From Salisapilia sapeloensis CBS 127946 (lineage: Eukaryota > Protista > Oomycota), in contig JAADVB010000024.1 of assembly GCA_023334545.1 (NCBI GenBank), positions 1 through 64,000 on the forward strand: a DNA stretch of 64,000 nucleotides. Reading direction: 5' to 3'. The notes below the pieces were generated by a model that was given only the letters and a program-made list of their open reading frames with translations, was not told where the DNA came from and made no database searches. The position numbers and the translations under genes were made by a program. Within the stretch, counting starts at the first letter, position 1. The number at the start of each line of letters is the position of its first letter. Shown here in pieces: positions 44,926 through 56,200 of the stretch.

Positions 44926-46945
44926 CTATGACACGAGTTCGTTCTTATAAGCAGCTAGATCTTTTTCCACTGGCAAAGAAAAGTTGAATGCAGATAGCTC
45001 CTTGTGATACGTCGTTGTGATACGGTAAATGTCCTTGTCGATACCTGTCACATCAAACTTAGTTCAAAAGCTATTCAGCTACATATGACCAAGAAAGATT
45101 ATACCACAAACGAGAGCATTCGCTTTCTCGACATAAATGTCTTCCGGATCGCCAAGCTGCGTGCTCATCTGGATAAACTCTTTTAACGCAGCTCGGCATT
45201 CGACTAGCGATGTCACAGCGGCTGGAACAGCATGCTGCACAAGTCCCAACGTGTCTTCCTCTCTCGATACACAGATAACATCCGCCAAAAGAGCTTGCGC
45301 AGTGTATACCGCCTACACATATGATAAAACACGATGAGACTATGCTTACTACTTACTACATCGATGTGACTACCTTTGTGCGGAGAAAGATACGGTGACG
45401 AGCTTGTTCCATCAAGAACCGTCGAATAGCGTATTGAATGTACGATTCAATCATGTAGTGGATGCGGTAGGTAAAGGCAGAAGCAGGTACCGACAGATTC
45501 GACAAGCTCGGGTATTGGCCTAGAACAAGCAGCGGATGGCGATCACTTCTCTCACTTACGAACTGAAGAAGCGCACGAGATGATTTGTCCAGTCCTTCAG
45601 CTTCCGCCGCGACTGGTTCACCTCGTCTCGATGGAAGTCCACTTAGCAGCTGAAGAGATAGCGTAAAGCTGTCGATGACTCCTGTCGTAGATTCATAGAA
45701 GCGTTGCCAATTATCTTGAGACGATAGCAAGTAAGCACGAGCGGATGGGTCGAAGCGACAGGCTTTACGCAAGTACTCGAACTTGAACGTGTCGTTCAAT
45801 GCGTCCAAAGCGTCTAGTGACAAGTAGCTACTGCCCGAGACACTTCGACTTGCGATACGTGCTTTAGCCTCTTCTTTCCGTTTTTCACTACTCTCATTAT
45901 ACTGCTCGTTCAACGGCTTACCGTCCGATGTGGAAATAGCTAGAGAAGACGCGAAAAGATCTTCGACGGAACCGACTGCCAAATCCTCTGGTTTACCAGT
46001 CAAGTGCGCTTTGTCGGATCCGATGATGATCTGTCGACTCTCTGTGGACGTTGCTGAGAGAGAACGCCATAAAGAGTTGTCGGACATACTCGACTGGACA
46101 GCAGGGTATGCGATCTGGAAGAGCAGCATGCGGAAGACAGAGGCAGAGCTAAGAGTTACGAAGGCTTCGATGGTTGCGCCACAGATGTGGAACCAACAGA
46201 AAGACGAACTGAAGGAAAAGAGTCCAACGGGATGAGAAGAGAAAAAGACAAGGGAGAAGTGGATGGTGAATCCAGTGATGACGCCACGCCTAGCTGCTTG
46301 GACGATAGCTCGCTGGATATTGGCGACTAGTGCAGATCGAGGGTCCAGGATGAATGGATCGCTGCCGAGGTGCGGATCGACGAACATGAAGTATATGAAC
46401 GAGACGATTGCACTCGTTGCGATGGCTGCAGCATCGACAGGAACGCTGTACGACGCGAATACTGTTGCTAGTGTCAGCTTCCATACCCAAGCATGCACCA
46501 AGGTAGTCAAAAAGACAATGATGATTGGAGCATCCTGTTTCATTCGACCAACGACATCCGTGAAAGCACACAAGAGCGTTTGGAATGTACCTGGGATCGA
46601 TTTATGGTCGGGCAGGAACGATCGTGGAAATGGTACAAGAACGTATCGAAGTAGCAATTGTGCGATACACGTCATCCAGAGCGTATTGACGCCCAATGTA
46701 AAGGCGATGAAACCAGGAAACGTAAATGGAATACCAGGTAGGATCCAGAACAGCAATAACGACGTGACTGTCGTAGCGATGGCCACAATTGACAGGCCCT
46801 GCATCAATCGTTGCAACTGTCGCTGAAGCTGCTTCCATGGTAGAGCTACTTGGCTATTTTCGACTATGACGTCACCGACTAGTGGAAGTGCTTGGAGTAC
46901 ATGGCGTACTGCCGCCGCAACCGCTAGCGCCTGGCCGACGCCCAT
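44926..46945 (-). CDS. NDC1: Transmembrane nucleoporin NDC1 (3 exons; start 46945, or 47026)
   Basis: About 6 N-terminal TM helices. C-terminal exons give FKFEYLRKACRFDPSARAYLL...NWQ, LADVICVSREEDTLGLVQHAVP and DKDIYRITTTYHKEL, matching NDC1 motifs (S..EDR.GVVQ..LP; AIYRITT.F). Confidence 0.78.
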
Positions 46946-47056
46946 TGCTTGGCTCGATATGGTGTAAAATTGTCTCGGTGCATAGACGACATTCCTGAGT
47001 GGTCCACAATAGCATAGGATTATCATGCCTATCTGACACGATACGAAAAAGTGGTC

Positions 47057-49795
47057 ATGTGGCGTACGCAGCGGAGGTTTCTATCGACTAGAGCACGCTC
47101 TTCGCTTCAAGAGCGCTTGAAATTGGGGGATGAAGTTCGGGAAGCCATGTATGGTAGGGAGAGGAAAGCAGTGGTTGCGTTAGAATCGACCATTGTGTCG
47201 CACGGGATGCCATACCCAGAAAATCTTGATATGGCTCGGAGTGTGGAGCGCACTGTGCGAGAGAATGGTGCTATACCAGCTACTATTTGCATTGCGAACG
47301 GCAAGCTGTGTGTTGGACTGGAGGATGAAGAACTGGGTCAATTGGCGGAAGCTGGCTCGGCAGCACGGAAGTGCACGACGCGTGATATGGCGTCAGCATT
47401 AACGGACAAGGCACTTGGAGCAACAACCGTCGCTAGCACCATGTAGATTTTCTCCTATATCCCTCTCTTATAAAGTCTGAACCAAGTCATGCTACAGGCG
47501 AATCGCTCATGCTGCGAATATTCAAGTATTTGTGACGGGAGGCATTGGAGGTGTGCATCGCTTTTCAGAGCAGACAATGGGTATGATGACCTATACACCT
47601 CCTGTGATATGTCGCACTTATCCCCTACTTCACTAGACATTTCAGCTGATTTGATTGAGCTGTCTCGAACGCCCGTAGCCGTCATTTGTGCTGGCATCAA
47701 GTCTATCCTCGATATACCTCGCAGTCTAGAGTTTCTTGAGACATATGTATATTTTGCTTAAATCTTACTTACTGCCGTCTGAAAGCTCACTCGTTTAATG
47801 ATGCAATAGAGCGTACCTGTTGTCGGCTACGGAACGGATCAGTTCCCAGCATTCTTTACACAAGACAGTGGACACAAGGTTCAGATGCGTCGAGATAGTC
47901 CCATGGAAACTGCAAAGCTCATTCGTGAGAGTGCAGCATTGGGGCTACCGAACGGTATGGTAATCTCCGTACCCAACCCGAAGCCAGTCGATCAAGAGCT
48001 TATTGACGGCGCCATTAATGTCTGCATCATCTTTGTTTATCATTTGAATATGTAATTGATATACTGTGAAACTGTAGTTGGGACTGGAGGAAGTCATGAG
48101 GGACAACATCAAGGGACAAGCTGTCACGCCGTACCTACTGAAGAGGCTCAATGAGATCACGAATGGTGCGTCTCTTGGGTCTAACATCGACCTCGTCCAC
48201 CACAACGCGGTCGTTGGCAGCAAGGTATTATCTATTGCGTATAATTTCATCATACATGTGTCTCAAACTAAGCTGTATGTCGTCTAGATCGCTTGTGCAC
48301 TTCAGCAGCTGAACGACGCGAATGTATCCAGCGACTCCACTAACGAGACATCTGGGGACGGAAAGGTGCGGACTACGTAGGTAGATACCAAACGCACAAA
48401 GACTAACAGAACAAATGAATATGTCTTTTGTCCCTGTCGTAGTTTTCTCCAATCGGTCACCAGTGGTCCAAGTCGCCTGCTGAAAAACGCATTCTAGTTG
48501 CTGGTGGTCTCGTACTCGACCTCGTCAGTTCATCCGCAAAACCAATCGTTCGTGACACGACCAACATCGGAACAGTATCTCAATATCCTGGAGGTTCGTC
48601 TCGCCTATATCTTTTGGTAGAAATATTCTCAGTCCGATACTATATAGGCGTTGGAAGAAACATCACCGAGACATTGTATCGTTTGGAGCAAAGTCCATTA
48701 CTTGTGTCGACTGTTGGAGACGACATTTCCGGTGCAACTCTTCTGAAAAACTTGAGTGACTTGAATTTGGATACGTCCGGCGTGACCCAATCCACTTCGG
48801 TTCGTACTGCTGTGGCCTCGGTTGTCATGGCACCAGATGGAGAGTTTGATGTCGGTGTCGCGGACATGGATGCTCTTGATACGATTGTACGTTTGCTGAT
48901 TAAAGAAGTAGGTAGAGTCAGTAAGCTGATGAACAATGTAGGACACGACCAAAGTACCGACGTCGACGCTCCGACAAGCACGTCTAGTGATTTCAGATGG
49001 CAATCTACCCCCATCTTCTCTTCGGGACATACTGGAACGAAGCCATTTGCTAGGCATTTCGACGTGGTTCGAACCAACTTCGATCCAGAAGGCTTTACGT
49101 ATCGTAGAAGCAGACGCTCTACGATTCCTAACGTACATGTCACCAAATGCAAGTGAGCTATCAGCAATTAGCAAAGCTCTCGAGTCAAATAACGTAGGAG
49201 CATCGGACGAAAGACTTGCGTTGCCGATCGAACTTCCTGCTAAAGTCACAGACTTTGATTTAGGTGACGTTGAAAAGTTGACCCGTGACCTCATGACAGG
49301 TACACAACACCGTATACATGTTACAACTACGAAATGTTTATGAAATGCGAGTAGTCCTACTAGCTGCTGCGAGCGAATCAACCGAGGAGAAGCACATCTT
49401 TGTTACGTTAGGTGGTCGTGGCGTCCTGGTCGGTTCGATCAATTCGGATCATCAAGCCATTAAAGAAGCAGCTACGTCATCTAACGTTTCAGTCGACTTG
49501 TGGGGGCAAGGATATGTGGGCAACAAACCAATTTCCTTTGCCCATTTACCCGGATCATCTATCTCTATCACCAACGCCATTGGAGCAGGTACCTTTTCAA
49601 ACATAGAGCAGTTATACAATCGGTCTTAACGAAAAAGTAGGTGATACGATGGTTGGAGGCACTGTGTATGGACTGCTCCAAGGCAACAATGTGTACCGTA
49701 GCTGCCATCTTGGTATGACAGCAGCCAAGATGAGCTTAACAAGTGCTACTGCTATCCATTCGGAGCTATCTCCATCACGTATTACAACCAAGTAA
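47057..49795 (+). CDS. Bifunctional pseudouridine-5'-phosphate glycosidase (PsuG) / pseudouridine kinase (PfkB, PsuK) fusion, multi-exon
   Basis: PsuG: [64 protein letters not shown]. PfkB: [27 protein letters not shown]|DT. Confidence 0.92.
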
Positions 49796-49851
49796 AGCAT
49801 TTTCGTCGAAAAAGAACCCATTTGTGATAGTATTTCTTTCACAAATGTACA

Positions 49852-50883
49852 TTAAAGACTTTGATAGTCTTGTGCAAAGACTTGGAGAATCCGACGTACT
49901 TCCTTTTGCAATCCACTATCTTTGTTCACGAGGAACTTTTGCATCGACTTGAGTTTATTCGCGTCTGATGGTTTATTCTTCACTTGACACGTGATCTCGT
50001 AGTCTTCGTCATTCGAGACCTCTTGTAGAGTGTACGTACCCTTGTAAACTGTCGCATCGTCCCCGATGGACACTTCAAACGGAAGTTTAAAGTTAAAGTC
50101 ATACAAGAACCGTTTCTTGCCACGTACGACACAGATGCTAGCGTCTCCTTCCATTTTCTCTGGTGCTTTAAAAGTGGAAGCGAATTCACCATCGACAAAA
50201 GCTGCGTCCGTAAAGAGCTCGTTCCACTTCTTCTCAGCCCACTTCGTATACGATCGCTCTTCGAACGTACCGGCAGAATTCCAGGCTGAACCCTGGTGAG
50301 AGACTGGAGCAGGTGCCGGAACGGCAGCGTCCATTTTCTTCGGAGCAATGTCGCCAATGAGCTTCTTTTCATCCTCCGACAAGTCGCGATGGAAGTATGG
50401 CACACCATTCTTGTATCCCTTTGCATTCAAAGGTAGATCCGCTTCGTCTTGTACGACTTCTGTTGACTTTTTCGACTTGGCTGGTTTGGTGGTGGAGGCA
50501 GAAGGCTTGGAAGTGGAAGACGGTGGCTTCATTTCAGTAGTCTCCTTTTTCGGTGGCGATGTCTTCTCTTTTGGAGGTTCCGGCTTTTTACACGTTCGCT
50601 TGTGGAATTGCCAGTCACTCGCTTGGCAAGACCTTGCACAATACGTAGCCTTCTTGCAAATGGAGCATTTTAGTTTTGCACCAACTTTGCCGCAATTCCT
50701 GCACTTGGCAGGCTGCGGAGCCACAGGTTTAGCTTGCTCCTTCTGCTTCTTACGCTCATCATCCGAGTCTTCCAAATCGGCACCGATATCTTTGAACCGA
50801 GAGTAGTCATTCACATCAGAGCGAGCGTTGTCGGTCGCTTTCTCTGTCGATGTAGAAGGATCGTTCCAACCGATATCCGCCAT
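49852..50883 (-). CDS. MYND zinc finger + Hsp90 ATPase activator (Aha1_N) protein with Cdc37-like N-terminal motif
   Basis: MYND: CRNCGK....KCSICKKATYCARSCQASDWQFHKRTC. Aha1_N: GSAWNSAGTFEERSYTKWA, MEGDASICVVRGKKRFLYDF. N-terminal DYSRFKDIGADLEDSDDE. ATG 50883 (the track start is non-ATG). Confidence 0.85.
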   Translation of the reverse strand: MADIGWNDPSTSTEKATDNARSDVNDYSRFKDIGADLEDSDDERKKQKEQAKPVAPQPAKCRNCGKVGAKLKCSICKKATYCARSCQASDWQFHKRTCKKPEPPKEKTSPPKKETTEMKPPSSTSKPSASTTKPAKSKKSTEVVQDEADLPLNAKGYKNGVPYFHRDLSEDEKKLIGDIAPKKMDAAVPAPAPVSHQGSAWNSAGTFEERSYTKWAEKKWNELFTDAAFVDGEFASTFKAPEKMEGDASICVVRGKKRFLYDFNFKLPFEVSIGDDATVYKGTYTLQEVSNDEDYEITCQVKNKPSDANKLKSMQKFLVNKDSGLQKEVRRILQVFAQDYQSL

Positions 50884-50975
50884 AGCTTTTCGTTCAGATC
50901 GAGGTTTTTTGTCTGGTGACGATAACGTAATCAACTAAAGTGTTAATTGAAAGTCGCTTCAAGTCAAAAATAGCA

Positions 50976-53171
50976 ATGCAAGCTACCACCGTCGAGAATG
51001 CAGGGGTTCATCGTAATGTGAGCTTGCGTTGTTATGCGTCACTTGAGCAACTTGAAGATGAAGCTCTGCAACTAGAAGCGATATGGAGACATCTCGACGA
51101 TCTTGGCGTGACCAAATTCGGTCCACTATCAAAGCATTTTATCAACAGGAGCATGCCTACGCTAAGTGGAGATGAATGTACTGGAAGAGATTTATCAATA
51201 CGGAACAAGAATGAAGATGCGTTCATTGAGAATATTACCGACGCATTAAATCTATACTTTGACAATCATGGATTATCGTTACCAAATCGACTTTTAAAAT
51301 GCCGAGTGATGGGAGTAGCTATGGCGAAGCTACGGTACGGTGAGAACAGTGCAATCTATCTAAGAGCAAAAATGGAAATGGCGAATACCTATAATATGTT
51401 TGGGATATGTACGCAGGCAAAGAACCACGTATCCGCTTTAAGACCATTGCTAGACTCGTATATTCAGTATTTTGACGATACAATGGAGCTGCCTATTATC
51501 GATGAACAACACACCAACAATATCGCGGCACTAGAGGAATTATTGGAACACTTTTATTCCACGCAAAATGACGAAACTGGAGGAGGTATGATCGAGCCAT
51601 GCACTTTGATCAACGACTTTAGCTCATGGAATTTAAAGATGCCTCAAATTGATTTTCTAGTTACAATATTTCTGGAGCTCGACGGTACCAAGCACGACCA
51701 AAGCCATAGCGGACGATCAATACACTGGCAGAAGCTATTACACCGCTTGCACACATGCTCCATTTCCTTTCAGACTTTCGTAAACGAGATTGAAGCTAAA
51801 TTACCCAAAGACTTCAATGAATTTTTATCAGGAATCTTTTGTTCATCGAGTAGCAGCAGCGATGATATAATTGACACAGAGTCATTGCTGTTTGCAGTGC
51901 AAACACATGAAAAAGAACAAGAGGAGAGTGATTGCTGCATGAGCCTATTATCAGAAGCATTAATCGATCGACTTCGTACATCTCGGCTCGATTCAATCTC
52001 TCTAGTAGAAACACTTATTGCAGTGGACTCATTGCATAGATGTAAACGGAATGAAGTTAAATTGATAGAAGGGCAATTTAAAATAGCTGAAGCAAAAATA
52101 TTACTATCAGAAGAGCATTACGAAGACGCTATCAGAAACATTGAGATTGCGATTACACTCCAAGAAGACCCTGCAAGAAATGAGTCATGCAGACTCGTTG
52201 ACAGTATGGTCTTAGTCTCTAAGGCATACATCTCAGCATACCAGGAGAAGTTGTCTATAGCTCGACAAGAAGCTGAGGAACAAGCTCAACAATGGATACA
52301 GACAAGTGAAGGAAAGGATCAAGTACAATCCAGGATATTAAAGGCCAAGCAAAACGGGGATGAGCATACTGAGTATTCGTTGTTATTAAATGATTTCGAA
52401 GCTCAGATCCATTCAGAATTGGTTCAAGAGTATGCATCTTTAGCTTATGTTGCACCATCCGACGAGCTCATTCAAAAAGCTCTAGCTAGCAGCTTACGGG
52501 TATGTGAAGCGAGCTTACTGTCCCAAGGACGTACAGGCCACGAAGAAGTTAAAGTACATAGATTACTAGCAGAGATTGATCAGCTTCGCGAAAAGTATGC
52601 ATCCGCTGTTGACCACGATATGAGAGCTCTTGAAGCCTTGCGAACAAATAAGGAATTCACTGCTCCTTTAGAAGTATCCATCCAACTTCACATTGCGAAT
52701 CTTTACAGAAAATTGGATAAGCACCAGTCTGCCAGGAACATGTACATTCAAGCCGGCAAAGGATTTTGCGCCATAGCTTCGGAGGTAACCGATCGGAACT
52801 TAACTTTACACAGATATTGTTTTGCGCAAGCGATAGAATCCTTTCGAAGCGCATATGAGCTCTTTTCATACCCGGAAGGAGAACGCATCCTCGTTTGGAT
52901 ATATCGTGCTTCGTTAAAAGGCTATGGCATCTGCTCTACTGAAGCATATCGTGCAGCAGAAAAACTCGGTAATTTCTACATTCGTATAGGAAAACTTTCT
53001 ACCGCAGAGAATCTGTTGCAAGAAGCTGCAGAGACCCTATGTCTCCTTTGCGGACCGCAAGATCGAAGATACCAACAGCTTATGCGCGATATCAGAAAAT
53101 TACAGACTCAGCGTGAAGAAATGGATTTAATCTCTCAGTCGGACGTGCGAAACTTTGGACTTTACAAATAG
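50976..53171 (+). CDS. TPR-like helical repeat protein, possibly TTC23-like
   Basis: Intronless ORF with TPR-like helices (EKLGNFYIRIGKLSTAENLLQEA; HIANLYRKLDKHQSARNMY). GVAMAKLRYGENS..AKMEMANTY..QAKNH resembles the TTC23 N-terminal repeat. Confidence 0.6.
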   Translation: MQATTVENAGVHRNVSLRCYASLEQLEDEALQLEAIWRHLDDLGVTKFGPLSKHFINRSMPTLSGDECTGRDLSIRNKNEDAFIENITDALNLYFDNHGLSLPNRLLKCRVMGVAMAKLRYGENSAIYLRAKMEMANTYNMFGICTQAKNHVSALRPLLDSYIQYFDDTMELPIIDEQHTNNIAALEELLEHFYSTQNDETGGGMIEPCTLINDFSSWNLKMPQIDFLVTIFLELDGTKHDQSHSGRSIHWQKLLHRLHTCSISFQTFVNEIEAKLPKDFNEFLSGIFCSSSSSSDDIIDTESLLFAVQTHEKEQEESDCCMSLLSEALIDRLRTSRLDSISLVETLIAVDSLHRCKRNEVKLIEGQFKIAEAKILLSEEHYEDAIRNIEIAITLQEDPARNESCRLVDSMVLVSKAYISAYQEKLSIARQEAEEQAQQWIQTSEGKDQVQSRILKAKQNGDEHTEYSLLLNDFEAQIHSELVQEYASLAYVAPSDELIQKALASSLRVCEASLLSQGRTGHEEVKVHRLLAEIDQLREKYASAVDHDMRALEALRTNKEFTAPLEVSIQLHIANLYRKLDKHQSARNMYIQAGKGFCAIASEVTDRNLTLHRYCFAQAIESFRSAYELFSYPEGERILVWIYRASLKGYGICSTEAYRAAEKLGNFYIRIGKLSTAENLLQEAAETLCLLCGPQDRRYQQLMRDIRKLQTQREEMDLISQSDVRNFGLYK

Positions 53172-53246
53172 GAGATTGGTAACGGAAATTTAAAAGATAT
53201 ATTTGGCTTAAGATTGTTATCTAGAAAGTGTCTTTTGTTCATTTCG

Positions 53247-56200
53247 TTACGTGCTGAGTGAGAGCAAGAGCGCGGTACCTCTCTTCGTCCATACTTCAGG
53301 CGATTTACCCGGTCCAGACTTGAGATCGACCGCAAGCACGAAAGACGGTCGCTCTCGTGTTCCAGTTCGTAGAGGGTACATGTAAAGTGGACAACTGTAG
53401 AGTCCCTTGGACGATTTCTTCTTTGACTCGACTGGCTTAAAATGTATAATCGGCATGCTTGAATGGAGTTCCATCGGATTTGGTTCAGCTAGACAGTCAT
53501 GGTCAAAGTCCCATCGCGCTCCTTCCAAAATAAGACCCTTGATGTATGCGCCTTCTTTCGGGCCTGTCGTCAGAGCTGCCTCGCTCTGATTGACGACGGC
53601 AAAGTCCCAAATCAATGAATCAATGGGTATTCCGTTCTTTCGAGCAGACGTCTGAAGCAGTGCCGTGAGGAAACCGGTCGGGTACGTGAATCCGGAAAGC
53701 CAAAAGACGGCTGGCAGCCCATTCATAGCCCAGCGATCCATTTGATCACATCTTTGTTTCAGATCTAACGACCATGGACCAAGTGGCTTTAAAGACGGAT
53801 AGCAGAAGCTCCATGCATTTGGCACACTTCCTGTTAAAAGCGAGTTGTACACGTCTTCCAGCTCTGGTGTGATCACTACAAAACCTTGAATTCCTTTCTC
53901 AAGTGCAACAATGGACTCTCGAATACATGCAAGGAGCTTATTGTATCGCTCCAGCTCCTGTATCAACACTGTCTTCAAAGGATCTGGGTCCGACCTCGAA
54001 GTCAACGACATCTTGATCGTCAACAAGTCAAAGACATCCGGGACAGATTCTTGCAGAGCCTGTAAGATCGTCATTACCTTTTCGTCACTATCCTTTCCGC
54101 CTTCTGAAACGCCCATCGCTTGGAGTGACAAGATATTAGCGACCAATTCCCTTCCGTCATCAATTTGAGATGCAATCTGTGCATTCGGATGTTGGCCGAA
54201 CGCAGCCGGAGGGTCCTCCAGTGGCAATTGTTTGATGTACTCAATGTATGTACTCAGATCGCCATCGTCCGGTACGTAGTAGAACGAAGCATCCGATAGC
54301 GGATAGTTATCCGTTTGCAGCACCTCTTCACAGAAGAACTGACTGATGTAGACAAGCATCAAGCGACGATCCCAATCATCTGTGACTCGACCACCATAGT
54401 TTGCTTGTGCGATAAGATACTTGAGTGCGTCCCAAGGCGTATCTTCATACTCGTCCAAGTAAATAGCTAGTACATCTTCACTAATCGCAAAGTCAGATTC
54501 GTTGAAGTCGTACGGGATGTTCCATCCGAGATTATTAAACTTGCGTCGTTCCAGGAGGACCGAGTGGAACCAACAGAGACAGAAAAGTAGTCGTTGATAC
54601 TTTTTCGCTTCACGACAACGCGGGAACTTTTCTGGAGCAATCGTGTTATATAACCGAAGGAGATTCGACTTGAGACCACGCGGTGGCTCCGTTGTCATTT
54701 TAATACTACGCTGGAGAACAGCAATTGGAAATTTGGGATTCGGATCACTAGACAACCACAAACGGAACTGTGGGTGCACAGTTACCGTGTCAGAGCAAAA
54801 GTTGTCAATGAGTTTTTCGAGTGTAGGTGCCCAACTAAGCATCAAGTGGCAATTCGCCAGAAACACCCAGTTCCCTTCCGTTAATCCTCTTTGCAGCATC
54901 GCTTCTGCTACACTAGCTTGGCCTTGACCTAACGCACAGTTTTCTACCTTACGATTAAGCAGATTCGCAAGCGATATGAGAGAACTCGTGGGGTCGACAC
55001 CAGGCGAAAGGACAAAGATCAATGGCGTCTTGTAATCAGACGTTTCGTAAATAGCTTTTAGGTTAAACGGAGGTGGATCCACGAACCGAGGTCCAAGATT
55101 TGCGGCTGTGAACCTTACTGCTTGGATGCTTAGCCGATCCGGACGGACGCATCGGAGTAGAAGCAAACGCTGCAGTTCGTCGCATTTTCCTTCCCAATCA
55201 CCAGGAAGTGCATCGACCTCAGGTGTGCTACTCAGATACCAGGTCTTCCATGCTTTAAGCTGCTGTTCAAAGGCACCAACAAGTCCTTGGAACTTTGGTA
55301 ATTTACTCAACTCGACGATACTCATCCATGCTTGGTCGCTCATAAACTCATTCGCAACATTATTCAGGCGCTCTCCTTCTTGCGAGATGGCTGAGCCCCC
55401 TTTTAAAAGGAATTCAAATTCATCCTGCGGCAACTTCCGTACACTTTGCATGACACGAATGCACATGAGAAGAGAAAAGAGTAGTTTATGCCGTTCAAAG
55501 AGACCGCGACAGGCGTATGCATACACTGCATACGTGTGATAGTCATTAATCGCATCAATACGATCGTTTAGTGAGTCTTCGTTTAGTGCACCTTGGTTAC
55601 GTATACTTCGACTCTTGGTAATGGATGTTTTAAACAGACCGACGTATGAATCGAGCGAGAACTGGTACATCGGATCTACTTTCGTCATGTCATTCAGAAC
55701 AAAGTAGAGTGTAGATGAACGGAGTGCGACTCCAGTGTAGCCCATTCGAGCTGCATCAATCTTCTTTTCAGTCTCTTCACTAATTACTAGTTGAGATGTC
55801 ACCTCTTCCGACGTTGCTTTCGATGCATTCAAGGTATTCACTAGTTGTTCATCATCTAATAGCGAACCTTTAGCTGCCGATAGCAACCGTAGGATTTCAT
55901 TTTCCAAATCGATGAGTTTCTTCTTCGCAGCTGCGACTCGAATGACCAGGTCGGATTTTTGCTCTTCTAAAGCTGGCTCTTCTAGCTGCACTGTAATACC
56001 TAAAAGCTGTGCTTCTAGACCTTGCTCTTTAACAACGAAATTGATGATCGTTGTCTTTGTCGATACTTCTGGAGTATAATGTGGATTCTGCATCTTTGTT
56101 GTCATGTAGAAACGGAAATCACGATTGTAGTCTAGCTCTTTATCACCTAATCGTAGGATCTCACGATTTCCAATCTTGATAATACTCTTATTTAACACCG

